This document shows positions 27,064 through 35,047 of a stretch of DNA of 35,047 nt, piece by piece. Within the stretch, counting starts at the first letter, position 1; each line of letters starts with the position of its first letter. The notes below the pieces were generated by a model that was not told the origin of the DNA, searched no databases, and saw nothing but the letters and a program-made list of their open reading frames with translations. Source of the DNA: Armatimonadota bacterium (lineage in GTDB: Bacteria > Armatimonadota > UBA5829 > DTLH01). Made by a program: the position numbers and the translations under genes. Location: assembly GCA_039680575.1 (NCBI GenBank), contig JBDKSP010000122.1:1-35047 (forward strand), read 5' to 3'.

Positions 27064-28419
27064 GTGTTCAAAAAGATACTTATCGCCAATCGCGGCGAGA
27101 TAGCAGTGCGGATTATACGCGCCTGCCGTGAGATGAAGATTGCCACAGTTGCGGTCTATTCCGAGGCGGATGCGAACTCGCTCCATGTGAGACTTGCGGA
27201 CGAAGCCGTATGTGTAGGTCCGCCGCCGAACAAGGACAGCTACCTCAATATGCCGAACATCATCAGCGCGGCTATGATCACCGGCGCGGAAGCGATCCAT
27301 CCCGGCTACGCTTATTTTTCCGAGCAGACGAACTTTGCGGATGCCTGTGAAGCATGCAATATAGTCTTCATCGGGCCCAAAGCGTCCGCCATCGAGAAGA
27401 TGGGGAATAAGTCGAAAGCCCGTGAGATCATGCAGGGCGCAGGCGTCCCTGTAATCCCTGGTACAAAAGGCACTGTGGACAACGAGCAGGAGGCTTACAA
27501 GACCGCGCAGAGTATGGGCTATCCTCTCCTCATCAAGGCATCAGCGGGCGGCGGCGGGCGCGGGATCCGGCTCGTTCAGAACGAAGATGAGCTTGCCAGA
27601 GCGCTTAAAATGGCTAAGTCCGAGGCGGAATCTTCCTTCGGCAACCCGGATGTATATATCGAGAAATATATAGAAGACCCAAGGCACATCGAGATACAGG
27701 TAATGGCCGATCAACACGGGCATTACATCCACCTTGGCGAGCGCGAGTGCTCCATCCAGACAGACCGGCACCAAAAGATGCTCGAGGAAGCCCCGTCTGC
27801 TGCTCTGACTCCGTCACTCAGGCAGAAAATGGGTGATGCAGCGGTCAAAGCAGCGAAAGCAGTTGGCTACAGCAGCGTTGGAACAGTCGAGTTCCTTCTG
27901 GACAAAGACGACAACTTCTACTTTATGGAGATGAACACCAGGGTTCAGGTTGAGCATCCCGTGACCGAAGCTGTTACCGGCGTGGACATCGTCCGCGAGA
28001 TGATCCGGGTAGCTTCCGGTGAAAAGTTGAGCGTTTCGCAGAAGGATATACATATAAACGGCCACTCCATCGAGTGCAGGATCACGGCGGAGGACCCTGA
28101 AAACGGGTTTACGCCGTCGGTCGGAACGGTGGACAGCCTCATACTGCCGGGTGGTCTCGGCGTCCGCATAGATACTCACATCTATTCCGGTTACGAGCTT
28201 CCGCCTTATTACGATCCGCTTCTTGCCAAACTGATCGTTTGGGGAAGAGACCGGAACGAGGCAATCTCCAGGATGTCCAGATGTCTATCCGAGTTTGAAA
28301 TCAGCGGGATAAAGAACAACATCCAGTTCCATCAAAAGATTATGGGCAACGCATTCTTCCGCAGGGGCGAGCTATCAACAAGTTTCCTGAGAAGAAGAAT
28401 GCTGAACAATCAGTCGTGA
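27064..28419 (+). CDS. accC: Acetyl-CoA carboxylase biotin carboxylase subunit
   Basis: KILIANRGEIA, IHPGY, GGGGRG, ERECS, EMNTRVQVEHPVTE, ECRITAED, PPYYD. Confidence 0.96.
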   Translation: MFKKILIANRGEIAVRIIRACREMKIATVAVYSEADANSLHVRLADEAVCVGPPPNKDSYLNMPNIISAAMITGAEAIHPGYAYFSEQTNFADACEACNIVFIGPKASAIEKMGNKSKAREIMQGAGVPVIPGTKGTVDNEQEAYKTAQSMGYPLLIKASAGGGGRGIRLVQNEDELARALKMAKSEAESSFGNPDVYIEKYIEDPRHIEIQVMADQHGHYIHLGERECSIQTDRHQKMLEEAPSAALTPSLRQKMGDAAVKAAKAVGYSSVGTVEFLLDKDDNFYFMEMNTRVQVEHPVTEAVTGVDIVREMIRVASGEKLSVSQKDIHINGHSIECRITAEDPENGFTPSVGTVDSLILPGGLGVRIDTHIYSGYELPPYYDPLLAKLIVWGRDRNEAISRMSRCLSEFEISGIKNNIQFHQKIMGNAFFRRGELSTSFLRRRMLNNQS

Positions 28420-28432
28420 AAAGAAAGTAAGT

Positions 28433-28882
28433 ATGCAAAAAGCAAGGAGAGCCGCTCGAGAGCTGGCTCTGAACATTGTCTATCAGGTTGATGTAGCGCA
28501 GATCCCGATCGAGGAAGCTATTCGGACGGCGCGCGAACACGTATCCGCTGAGCCGGAGGTGTTCGATTATGCGGAGATGCTTGCGACAGGCACTTACGAG
28601 AACAGGTATGAGATCGACGACAGCATCCAGCGGTTGAGCATCGATTGGCCGCTCGACCGCCAGCCTGCTGTAGACAGAAACATCCTCAGACTTGCCATCT
28701 TCGAAATGGACCACGTAGAGAGTACTCCTCACGTTGTTGTCATAAATGAAGCCGTGGAAATTGCCAAGAAGTACAGCACCCCTGATTCGGGCAAGTTCGT
28801 AAACGGCGTGCTCGCAGGTTACCTTCGCGAGAAAGAACATCAGAAAGAGGTAGAAGAACAACTTGGCAGCTCAGATTCTTGA
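28433..28882 (+). CDS. nusB: Transcription antitermination factor NusB
   Basis: RRAARELAL, VDRNILRLA, VINEAVEIAKKY, FVNGVL. Confidence 0.96.
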   Translation: MQKARRAARELALNIVYQVDVAQIPIEEAIRTAREHVSAEPEVFDYAEMLATGTYENRYEIDDSIQRLSIDWPLDRQPAVDRNILRLAIFEMDHVESTPHVVVINEAVEIAKKYSTPDSGKFVNGVLAGYLREKEHQKEVEEQLGSSDS

Positions 28883-29720
28883 TGGTAAAGCCATCTCTAA
28901 AGTTGTAAAACAAGAAGTCGCCGACAGGGTGGCAAAGCTGAAAGCAGAGAAAGGCATTACGCCCCATCTTTCCGTGATACTGGTCGGAGAGGACCCGGCG
29001 AGCGTCACATATACCAACATGAAGAAAAAGGCGAGCGTAGCCGTGGGGATGACATCTGACCTGTACGAGTTGCCCGCTGATAGCAGCGCTGAATATGTCC
29101 TCTCTCTGATAGACAAGCTGAATAGAGACCCCAATGTGCATGGAATCCTTGTTCAGCACCCGCTGCCGAAGCACCTGGACGAACTCCAGATACTCTCGCA
29201 TGTCGACCCTGAGAAGGATGTAGACGGCATCAGCGACACGAGCATCGGAAGGCTTGTGCTCGGTCGTCCATCATTCATCGCCTGCACGCCGCTTGGGATG
29301 GTAGAGCTTCTGGACCGCTACGGGATAGAGATCGACGGAAAGCATGCCGTTGTGGTCGGACGAAGCATCATTCTCGGTAAACCTGCCGCGCTCGCGCTCC
29401 TGAACCGGAACGCTACCGTCACCGTCTGCCATTCGAAAACAAAGGATTTACCGGGTATCGTGCGCCAGGCGGATATCGTTATCGCCGCAGTCGGAAAACC
29501 GGAGCTTATCAAGGGAGACTGGATCAAACCCGGCGCAGTAGTCCTCGATGCAGGCTACAACAAGGTCGAAGGACGTGGTAAGGACGTGGGTGACGTCGAT
29601 TATGAAGGAGCCGAAAAGGTTGCTTCCTGGATTACACCAGTCCCAGGAGGCGTTGGGCCGATGACCATCGCAATTCTCCTCAGAAACACCGTAGATGCGG
29701 CAGAGCGGGCGGCAAAGTAA
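28863..29720 (+). CDS. folD: Bifunctional methylene-THF dehydrogenase/cyclohydrolase
   Basis: ILDGK, VGEDPAS, GILVQHPLP, EKDVDG, CTPLG, TPVPGGVGPMT. Confidence 0.97.
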   Translation: MAAQILDGKAISKVVKQEVADRVAKLKAEKGITPHLSVILVGEDPASVTYTNMKKKASVAVGMTSDLYELPADSSAEYVLSLIDKLNRDPNVHGILVQHPLPKHLDELQILSHVDPEKDVDGISDTSIGRLVLGRPSFIACTPLGMVELLDRYGIEIDGKHAVVVGRSIILGKPAALALLNRNATVTVCHSKTKDLPGIVRQADIVIAAVGKPELIKGDWIKPGAVVLDAGYNKVEGRGKDVGDVDYEGAEKVASWITPVPGGVGPMTIAILLRNTVDAAERAAK

Positions 29721-29751
29721 TTATTGGATCGTCGTCCCGAGTGAGAGGTCA

Positions 29752-29793
29752 ATGGAGATAGTGCTTCAGGATGAAGGGCGATCTCGAAGCATA
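29752..29793 (+). repeat. REP-like family A, copy 8
   Basis: ATGGAGATAGTGCTTCAGGATGAAGGGCGATCTCGAAGCATA. Confidence 0.75.
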
Positions 29794-29829
29794 AAAGTAA
29801 TCATTAGGCCGTCATTCCGGGCTACCACA

Positions 29830-29895
29830 ACGTCATGCTGAGCTTGACTCAGCATCCAGGAAAAAGAATGGACCCTGAATCAAGTTCAGGGTGAC
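29830..29895. repeat. Inverted pair of family C palindromes
   Basis: ACGTCATGCTGAGCTTGACTCAGCATCCAGGAA (29830-29862) and TGGACCCTGAATCAAGTTCAGGGTGAC (29869-29895). Confidence 0.85.
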
Positions 29896-29970
29896 GTGTT
29901 AGTTGTCAAGAGTGATGTCTTTGCTGTTCAGGATAACGTCTTTGCTGTCGAGAGCGACGTATTAGTCGTC
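29893..29970 (+). repeat. Degenerate 21-bp tandem repeat (3.7 units)
   Basis: GACGTGTTAGTTGTCAAGAGT / GATGTCTTTGCTGTTCAGGAT / AACGTCTTTGCTGTCGAGAGC / GACGTATTAGTCGTC. Confidence 0.7.
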
Positions 29971-30012
29971 TATGGTTGTGCCTTTATAAAAGTTAGTGAG
30001 TGTGCAGTTAAA

Positions 30013-30897
30013 TTGGACCTAAAACAGTATCTTAAAGAGCGAAAAGCGATTGTGGACGCGGCGCTTGACCGTTATCTCCCCCCAGCCACAGATCAGCCCG
30101 GGGTGGTGCATGAGGCGATGCGCTACAGTACGATAGATGGTGGAAAACGCATTCGTCCGATCCTCACCCTGGCTGGATGCGACGCCGTGGGAGGCAGGAT
30201 GGAGATGGCGATGCCCGCCGCCTGCGCGCTCGAATGTATACATGCATTCTCACTCATTCACGACGATTTACCCTGCATGGACGATGATGATCTCAGACGC
30301 GGCAGGCCAACATCGCATAAGGTCTTCGGCGAGGCTATGGCGCTTCTCGCGGGTGATGCGCTCTTTGCGTTTGCTTTCCAGCTTATCTCGGAGACTCCCA
30401 AGGATGTTGCGAGCGATGTAGTTTTGGATGTCTGGCGAAAGATCGCTGAGGCAACAGGAACGAACGGGATGGTCGGCGGCCAGGTTATGGACATGCTTGC
30501 GCAGGGGCGACCCTCCAGTATTCCAGAAATAGAGCTGATCCACAGGAGAAAGACCGGTGCGCTCCTCAAAGTGGCTATAGTTACCGGCGGGATGCTCGGC
30601 GGAGGATCAGAAGAACAGGTGGATGCGCTGTCCTGTTACGGCCGGAACATCGGCCTTGCTTTTCAGATTGCGGACGACATTCTCGACATCAAGGGCGATG
30701 AAAAAAAACTCGGCAAACCCATCGGAAGCGACCTGGAGATGGAAAAAGCCACCTACCCAAGCGTGATCGGCATCGAAAAGTCCATGGAGCTTGCTAAAAA
30801 GGCGATGGACGATGCCATAGCCGCGCTCTCGATCTTCGATGAAAAATCCGACCCCTTGAGGGAAATAGCAAGGTTTGTGGTAGAGCGGGAATTTTAG
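30013..30897 (+). CDS. ispA: Polyprenyl (farnesyl/geranylgeranyl) diphosphate synthase
   Basis: GGKRIRP, SLIHDDLPCMDDDDLRRG, AGDAL, GQVMD, KTGAL, FQIADDILD, KATYP; in-frame TTG 30013 gives the usual MDLKQYL start. Confidence 0.93.
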   Translation: MDLKQYLKERKAIVDAALDRYLPPATDQPGVVHEAMRYSTIDGGKRIRPILTLAGCDAVGGRMEMAMPAACALECIHAFSLIHDDLPCMDDDDLRRGRPTSHKVFGEAMALLAGDALFAFAFQLISETPKDVASDVVLDVWRKIAEATGTNGMVGGQVMDMLAQGRPSSIPEIELIHRRKTGALLKVAIVTGGMLGGGSEEQVDALSCYGRNIGLAFQIADDILDIKGDEKKLGKPIGSDLEMEKATYPSVIGIEKSMELAKKAMDDAIAALSIFDEKSDPLREIARFVVEREF

Positions 30898-30898
30898 A

Positions 30899-31198
30899 TA
30901 GCTATCAGCTTTCTCTATCACGAAAGCACGAAATAAGGAAAACACGAAACTGAACGTAGTGGCCGGTCTCTGTGCCGGCCATCGGGTCTGAAGGACCCGG
31001 ATATACCCTCTCCCTTGACTGAGAGGGAATGGTGAGGGTGAAAGATGCTGCAGATTTACAACATACCCCTCATCCCAACCTTCTCCCGCAAGGGGAGAAG
31101 GGGAGGATTCTATGCTTCAGAACCGCTTTTCGTCCCGAAGCACGAGTCTCTACCAGTTTCTTTGGAGTGCGGAAGCGGCAGCTTCCGCTTTTCTATCG
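30899..31198. repeat. Mosaic repeat cluster: AGCTATC heptamers, family G arm (30917-30935), E (30956-30980), CGGGTC-TGAAG-GACCCG hairpin (30983-30999), D pair (31006-31102), A copy 9 (31111-31153, minus strand), B (31162-31198)
   Basis: Each lettered unit matches a copy elsewhere in the window; A copy 9 reverse complement is GTAGAGACTCGTGCTTCGGGACGAAAAGCGGTTCTGAAGCATA. Confidence 0.85.
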
Positions 31199-31247
31199 GC
31201 ATCCACCGATTATTTTATCGCACATAATGAATCAGAGGAGGAAACCA

Positions 31248-32576
31248 GTGCAAATTGTTGACCTCGAACAACAGCTAAACGACTTTGATATAAACGCACG
31301 AAAATCGGCGCTGACCGAGCTAGCCGGACTCGTTCAAATGGGAGAGATGACACTTCCCGATGCTAAACCGGAGGTCAACATTCACTTCCATACCTTTTTC
31401 TCATTCAATGCGGAAAACTGGTCGCCGAGCTGCGTCGCATGGGAGGCCGCAAAATACGGGCTGGAAGTCGCGGGTATAGTCGACTTTGACGTACTCGATG
31501 GTGTGGATGAGTTCCTCGATGCCGGTGAACTGCTGGGAATCAAAACTACAGCCGGGTTCGAGTCGCGTGTCTATGTAAGCGAATACTCGGACAAGATCAT
31601 CAACTCCCCGAACGAGCCGGGAATCCTCTACTTTATGGGACAAGGATGTGTGAAGAGCGGTCCGGAAAGCGATGGCCTGCGCAGGATGGCAAAAGACAGG
31701 AACATCGGGGTGATGCAGCGTGTAAACGCTTATCTGGGAGATGTTTCGCTCGATTACGACCGGGATGTCCTCCCTCTCACGCCGTCCGGCAACGCAACTG
31801 AGCGGCACCTGCTGGCAGCCTATGACCGAAAAGCCAGGGAAGTCCACGGAAACCGCGCGGCCGAGTTCTGGGCAGGCGTAATTGAGATGCCGGAGCCGGA
31901 AGTGAGCACGCTCATGGAGAACACACCTGCGTTCCACGAAAAACTTCGCGCAAAACTGATCAAGTTTGGCGGAGTCGGATATGTCCAGCCGGAAAACAGC
32001 AGTTTTCCAACAGTAGAGCAGGTTATTGAGATGGTAAAGAGCATCGGCGCACTCCCTACCACCGCATGGCTCGACGGAACGAACCCCGGCGAAGCTGACA
32101 TGATGTCCAACCTGGAGCTTATGGCCTCAAAAGGGGTCGTTGCGATAAATATCATCCCCGACCGCAACTGGAATATCAAAAAACCTGAGGATAAAGCGTT
32201 AAAACTTGCCAAGCTGAAAGAAGTTGTCGATGCCGCGAAGCATTTCGCTCTTCCGCTCTCGGTCGGGACTGAGATGAACAAGGCAGGGCTGCCCTTCGTC
32301 GATAATTTCGCCGCGCCGGAGCTTGCGGATTATGTCGAAGATTTCGTCAAAGGCGCTCAGTTCTTCTATGGTCATACCCTGCTTGCCCGTTATGCTGATC
32401 TCGGTTACTTCTCACCAGCGGTAGAGGCAGCATTCGGCAAAGACAGGAAAGCAAAGAACCAATTCTTTACGAAGATAGGCTCATCTGCCAAACCGAGTCT
32501 GTCGCTCTATGAATCGCTTCGCAAGCATTCCGGAAAACTTGCGCCTGAAGAAGCACTCTGGCTTGTATCCAGATGA
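31248..32576 (+). CDS. PHP-like domain protein (divergent phosphoesterase fold)
   Basis: VNIHFHTFFS, GIVDFDVLDG, GFESR, TERH, VGTEMN; GAGGAGG SD before GTG 31248; the upstream ORF extension is repeat-derived. Confidence 0.8.
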   Translation: MQIVDLEQQLNDFDINARKSALTELAGLVQMGEMTLPDAKPEVNIHFHTFFSFNAENWSPSCVAWEAAKYGLEVAGIVDFDVLDGVDEFLDAGELLGIKTTAGFESRVYVSEYSDKIINSPNEPGILYFMGQGCVKSGPESDGLRRMAKDRNIGVMQRVNAYLGDVSLDYDRDVLPLTPSGNATERHLLAAYDRKAREVHGNRAAEFWAGVIEMPEPEVSTLMENTPAFHEKLRAKLIKFGGVGYVQPENSSFPTVEQVIEMVKSIGALPTTAWLDGTNPGEADMMSNLELMASKGVVAINIIPDRNWNIKKPEDKALKLAKLKEVVDAAKHFALPLSVGTEMNKAGLPFVDNFAAPELADYVEDFVKGAQFFYGHTLLARYADLGYFSPAVEAAFGKDRKAKNQFFTKIGSSAKPSLSLYESLRKHSGKLAPEEALWLVSR

Positions 32577-33322
32577 AAAACACGGGTTTCTATGCGATAA
32601 TCCTCGCCGCGGGCAAGGGAAAGAGGATACGTGACGAAAACGCTCCGGGAGAGTTCCCGAAGGTGCTGCGGCAGGCTGCAGGGCGCCCGCTCATTTCTTA
32701 CGTCATAGATACCCTGTTAAGCGCCGGGATAGATGACATAAATATCATCGTCGGCTTCGGCGCGGATTACGTTAAAAGCGCGCTTGGAAGCGGTTATCGG
32801 TACATTCTGCAGGATGAACAACTCGGAAGCGGCCATGCGGTCCTCTCTGCAAAAGGTGAGTTTGGAGAAAGGCTTGGGGCTGCGGTCATTATGTGCGGAG
32901 ACAGCCCGCTTTTTACTCCAGGCACGATACTCTCGCTGAAGGAGCGCCATCTGTCTTCAGGCGCGGCGATTACGCTGGTATCTGCTGAGCTCGATGACCC
33001 CACAGGCTACGGCAGGATAAAACGGCTCGCTTCCGGAGAGATAACCGGGGTGGCCGAGGAAAAATGTGCGACTGCCGATGAAAAATCGATCCGTGAGATA
33101 AACGGCGGGGCTTACGCGTTCGACTCGAAATGGCTCTGGGAGAATATCGGCTGTATGGAGCGAAACGAGGCCGGTGAGCTGAACCTGACCGACCTCGTGA
33201 GAGTCGCCATATCTCAGAAAAAGATTGTCGAAGCTGTTATCGTTCCGGCAGAGGAGGTAATGGGGGCTAATACCCCATCCGATCTCCGGGCAATCGAAGA
33301 TATTCTCGAATCGCGGAAATAG
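32573..33322 (+). CDS. Sugar-phosphate nucleotidyltransferase (GlmU N-terminal domain only)
   Basis: IILAAGKGKR, PKVL, QLGSGHAV, CGDSPL, DPTGYGRI, EINGGAY, LTDLV; no hexapeptide acetyltransferase domain; ATGA overlap with the upstream gene. Confidence 0.9.
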   Translation: MKNTGFYAIILAAGKGKRIRDENAPGEFPKVLRQAAGRPLISYVIDTLLSAGIDDINIIVGFGADYVKSALGSGYRYILQDEQLGSGHAVLSAKGEFGERLGAAVIMCGDSPLFTPGTILSLKERHLSSGAAITLVSAELDDPTGYGRIKRLASGEITGVAEEKCATADEKSIREINGGAYAFDSKWLWENIGCMERNEAGELNLTDLVRVAISQKKIVEAVIVPAEEVMGANTPSDLRAIEDILESRK

Positions 33323-33337
33323 CTATCCTGAACCCCA

Positions 33338-34516
33338 CTATTCCGACTCTCCCATCTTCATGCCGATGACGCCTCTCTCCTCTTCCTCTTCTTCTTCGAC
33401 CTTCGGGGCCCGGTGTTCCCGCTCCGGCTTGAACTCTACAGGCTGTGGGGTGACCGCGACCTTCAGCACTCCGTCCCGCTGATGCGAGAAGAGGTCGTAG
33501 GCATCCAGTATATTGCCCAGCGTAAAATGGTGCGTCAGGAGTTGTTTCAGGTTCAGCCGTTTGGTCCGCACCATCTCCATCAACCGCCGCATGCGCTCTT
33601 TTCCGCCCGGACAGAGGGTGGAGACGACTTTGATGTCACCGATACCGTATATATACGGCTCGACAGGCATCTCTACCTTGCCCGAATAGACGCCGAGGCT
33701 TGAGATAGTTCCACCGGGTCTCACCGACCTGAGGCAGTTCTCGAATGTGTTCTGTGTCCCCAGGGCTTCTATCGCAACATCTACACCGCGCTTTTCGGTC
33801 AGCCGCAGCACTTCGGCTACGGTGTCCTGTTCCCTAAAGTTGATGACGACATCCGCTCCCATCTTTCTAGACATTTCCAGCCTGCTGGGGATGGAATCTA
33901 TCGCGATAATAAGTGAGGCTCCCATCAACCTGGCTCCGGCTGTCGCGCACAGCCCTATCGGTCCCTGCGCATAGACGACCACCGTGTCGCCTATTCTGAC
34001 ATTCGCCGACTCAGCGCCGGAAATGCCGGTAGATGCTATATCCGTGACGAGCAATACGTCCTCATCGGAGAGGTCGTCGGGGATTTTCGCCATGTTGGCC
34101 TGGGCGTACGGCACTTTGAAATACTCCGCCTGGACTCCGTCCATAGAGTTGCCTAGCCGCCAGCCACCGATCATCTTCCACTCGTTATTATAACCCGCGC
34201 ACTGCGACCACTGGTTGTTCTGGCAGTAAAAACAGGTCCCGCACGGGGTAATGGCGCCGACTACAACTCTATCCCCGATGTTATAGCCTTCCAGCCCCGG
34301 CCCAAGCTCATGGATAACTCCGACCGCCTCATGACCAACAATCAGCCCTTCCTCAACTGGGTATTCGTTTCTCATAATGTGCACATCGGTGCCGCAGATG
34401 GTAGTCATCGTCACCTTGACGATAGCTTCACCGAAACCCGCTTTCGGAATCGGTACATCTTCCAGCCGAATATTATCCTTGCCGTGATAGACCGCCGCCT
34501 TCATCATATCTGCCAT
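33338..34516 (-). CDS. Zinc-dependent alcohol dehydrogenase (MDR family) with an acidic C-terminal tail
   Basis: ICGTDVH, GHEAVG, CGTCFYC..C structural Zn, AQGPIG, LCPGG; AGGAGG SD before ATG 34516. Confidence 0.93.
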   Translation of the reverse strand: MADMMKAAVYHGKDNIRLEDVPIPKAGFGEAIVKVTMTTICGTDVHIMRNEYPVEEGLIVGHEAVGVIHELGPGLEGYNIGDRVVVGAITPCGTCFYCQNNQWSQCAGYNNEWKMIGGWRLGNSMDGVQAEYFKVPYAQANMAKIPDDLSDEDVLLVTDIASTGISGAESANVRIGDTVVVYAQGPIGLCATAGARLMGASLIIAIDSIPSRLEMSRKMGADVVINFREQDTVAEVLRLTEKRGVDVAIEALGTQNTFENCLRSVRPGGTISSLGVYSGKVEMPVEPYIYGIGDIKVVSTLCPGGKERMRRLMEMVRTKRLNLKQLLTHHFTLGNILDAYDLFSHQRDGVLKVAVTPQPVEFKPEREHRAPKVEEEEEEERGVIGMKMGESE

Positions 34517-34670
34517 TAGAATCAGCCCTCCTGAATATCCTGAAATCCGCCCGGCCTTATTATTCCCAATAATCACACATATCTTGCTCTGAAGCGCTGA
34601 TTTATCCTATAATGAATGACGCTTTGTGTAAAATAGCTGGATTATATACAGCAATAAACGGAGGAACATA

Positions 34671-34859
34671 ATGAAGGCAATAATCAATGATGGATGCATC
34701 GGCGACGGCATTTGTGCAGATACCTGCCCGGAAGTTTTCGAGATCGGAGACGACGGACTGGCTCACGTGATCGTTGACACCGTCCCTGCAGACGCTGAAG
34801 CCAAAGCCCGCGAGGCAGCCGATGCCTGCCCGGTAGTCGTAATCGAACTCACCGACTAA
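34671..34859 (+). CDS. fdx: Single-cluster ferredoxin, CxxDxxC type
   Basis: CIGDGICADTCPEVF...DACPV; GGAGG SD. Confidence 0.92.
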   Translation: MKAIINDGCIGDGICADTCPEVFEIGDDGLAHVIVDTVPADAEAKAREAADACPVVVIELTD

Positions 34860-34868
34860 ATTTCTTCT

Positions 34869-34901
34869 AAAAAAGGGGTGGAGTATTACCTGCTCCACCT
34901 C
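34869..34901. terminator. Hairpin downstream of ferredoxin (A-run on the left, so a U-tail on the minus strand)
   Basis: AAAAAA-GGGGTGGAGTA-TTACC-TGCTCCACCTC. Confidence 0.4.
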
Positions 34902-35047
34902 TGGACTTTGGCACTTTTTTAATAAAAAAGGGTTGGTTTTGGTTCTGCTAGCGGCTTTGCAGCCGTATAACAGTTGTGAAAACAAAACTAACCCATTTTA
35001 ATAATACCGATTCATCACTCAAAAGATTCCCTCTGCTTTATGCTTTT

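Noticed and set aside
29893..29970. Possible CRISPR array (also considered for the dispersed palindromes)
   Set aside because: Units are contiguous and degenerate with no unique spacers, and no cas genes are in the window
31029..31247. 73-aa N-terminal extension of the PHP-like ORF
   Set aside because: It is translated repeat DNA (families D, A, B); a strong GAGGAGG SD precedes GTG 31248

Overview
Bacterial chromosomal window of mostly housekeeping genes. The gene order (efp-accB-accC-nusB-folD-ispA, nrdR-nrdJ, alpha2-type glyQS) is Terrabacteria-like, and an Armatimonadota-like origin is a low-confidence inference. About 33 CDSs are supported, including ftsK, rimO, gltX, trxA, nrdR with tandem NrdR boxes, class II RNR nrdJ, a MalK-type ATPase, glyQS, a dGTPase-like HD protein, efp, accB, accC, nusB, folD, ispA, a Zn alcohol dehydrogenase and a ferredoxin. 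The most striking non-genic signal is that most of the long intergenic spacers are mosaics of short palindromic repeats from at least seven unrelated families. One family (A; 9 copies; GTGG/GTAG-AGACTC-GTGCTTCGGGA..loop..TCCCGAAGCATA) brackets a REP-associated tyrosine transposase (RAYT) remnant at 18535-18840 that has lost its HUH motif by an in-frame internal deletion. Two family A copies carry a second ~29-nt palindrome inserted at the same position, single in one copy and doubled in the other. An AT-rich orphan gene is sandwiched between REPs next to the RAYT, and a heptamer repeat has entered the dGTPase reading frame. Unusual proteins include a 613-aa multi-winged-helix (HARE-HTH-like) protein, a pair of amidohydrolases lacking metal ligands, a ligand-free tandem cupredoxin-like secreted protein, a Cys-rich membrane protein, and a non-canonical pilin-like gene between accB and accC. 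All calls come from reading the sequence; no searches were run.
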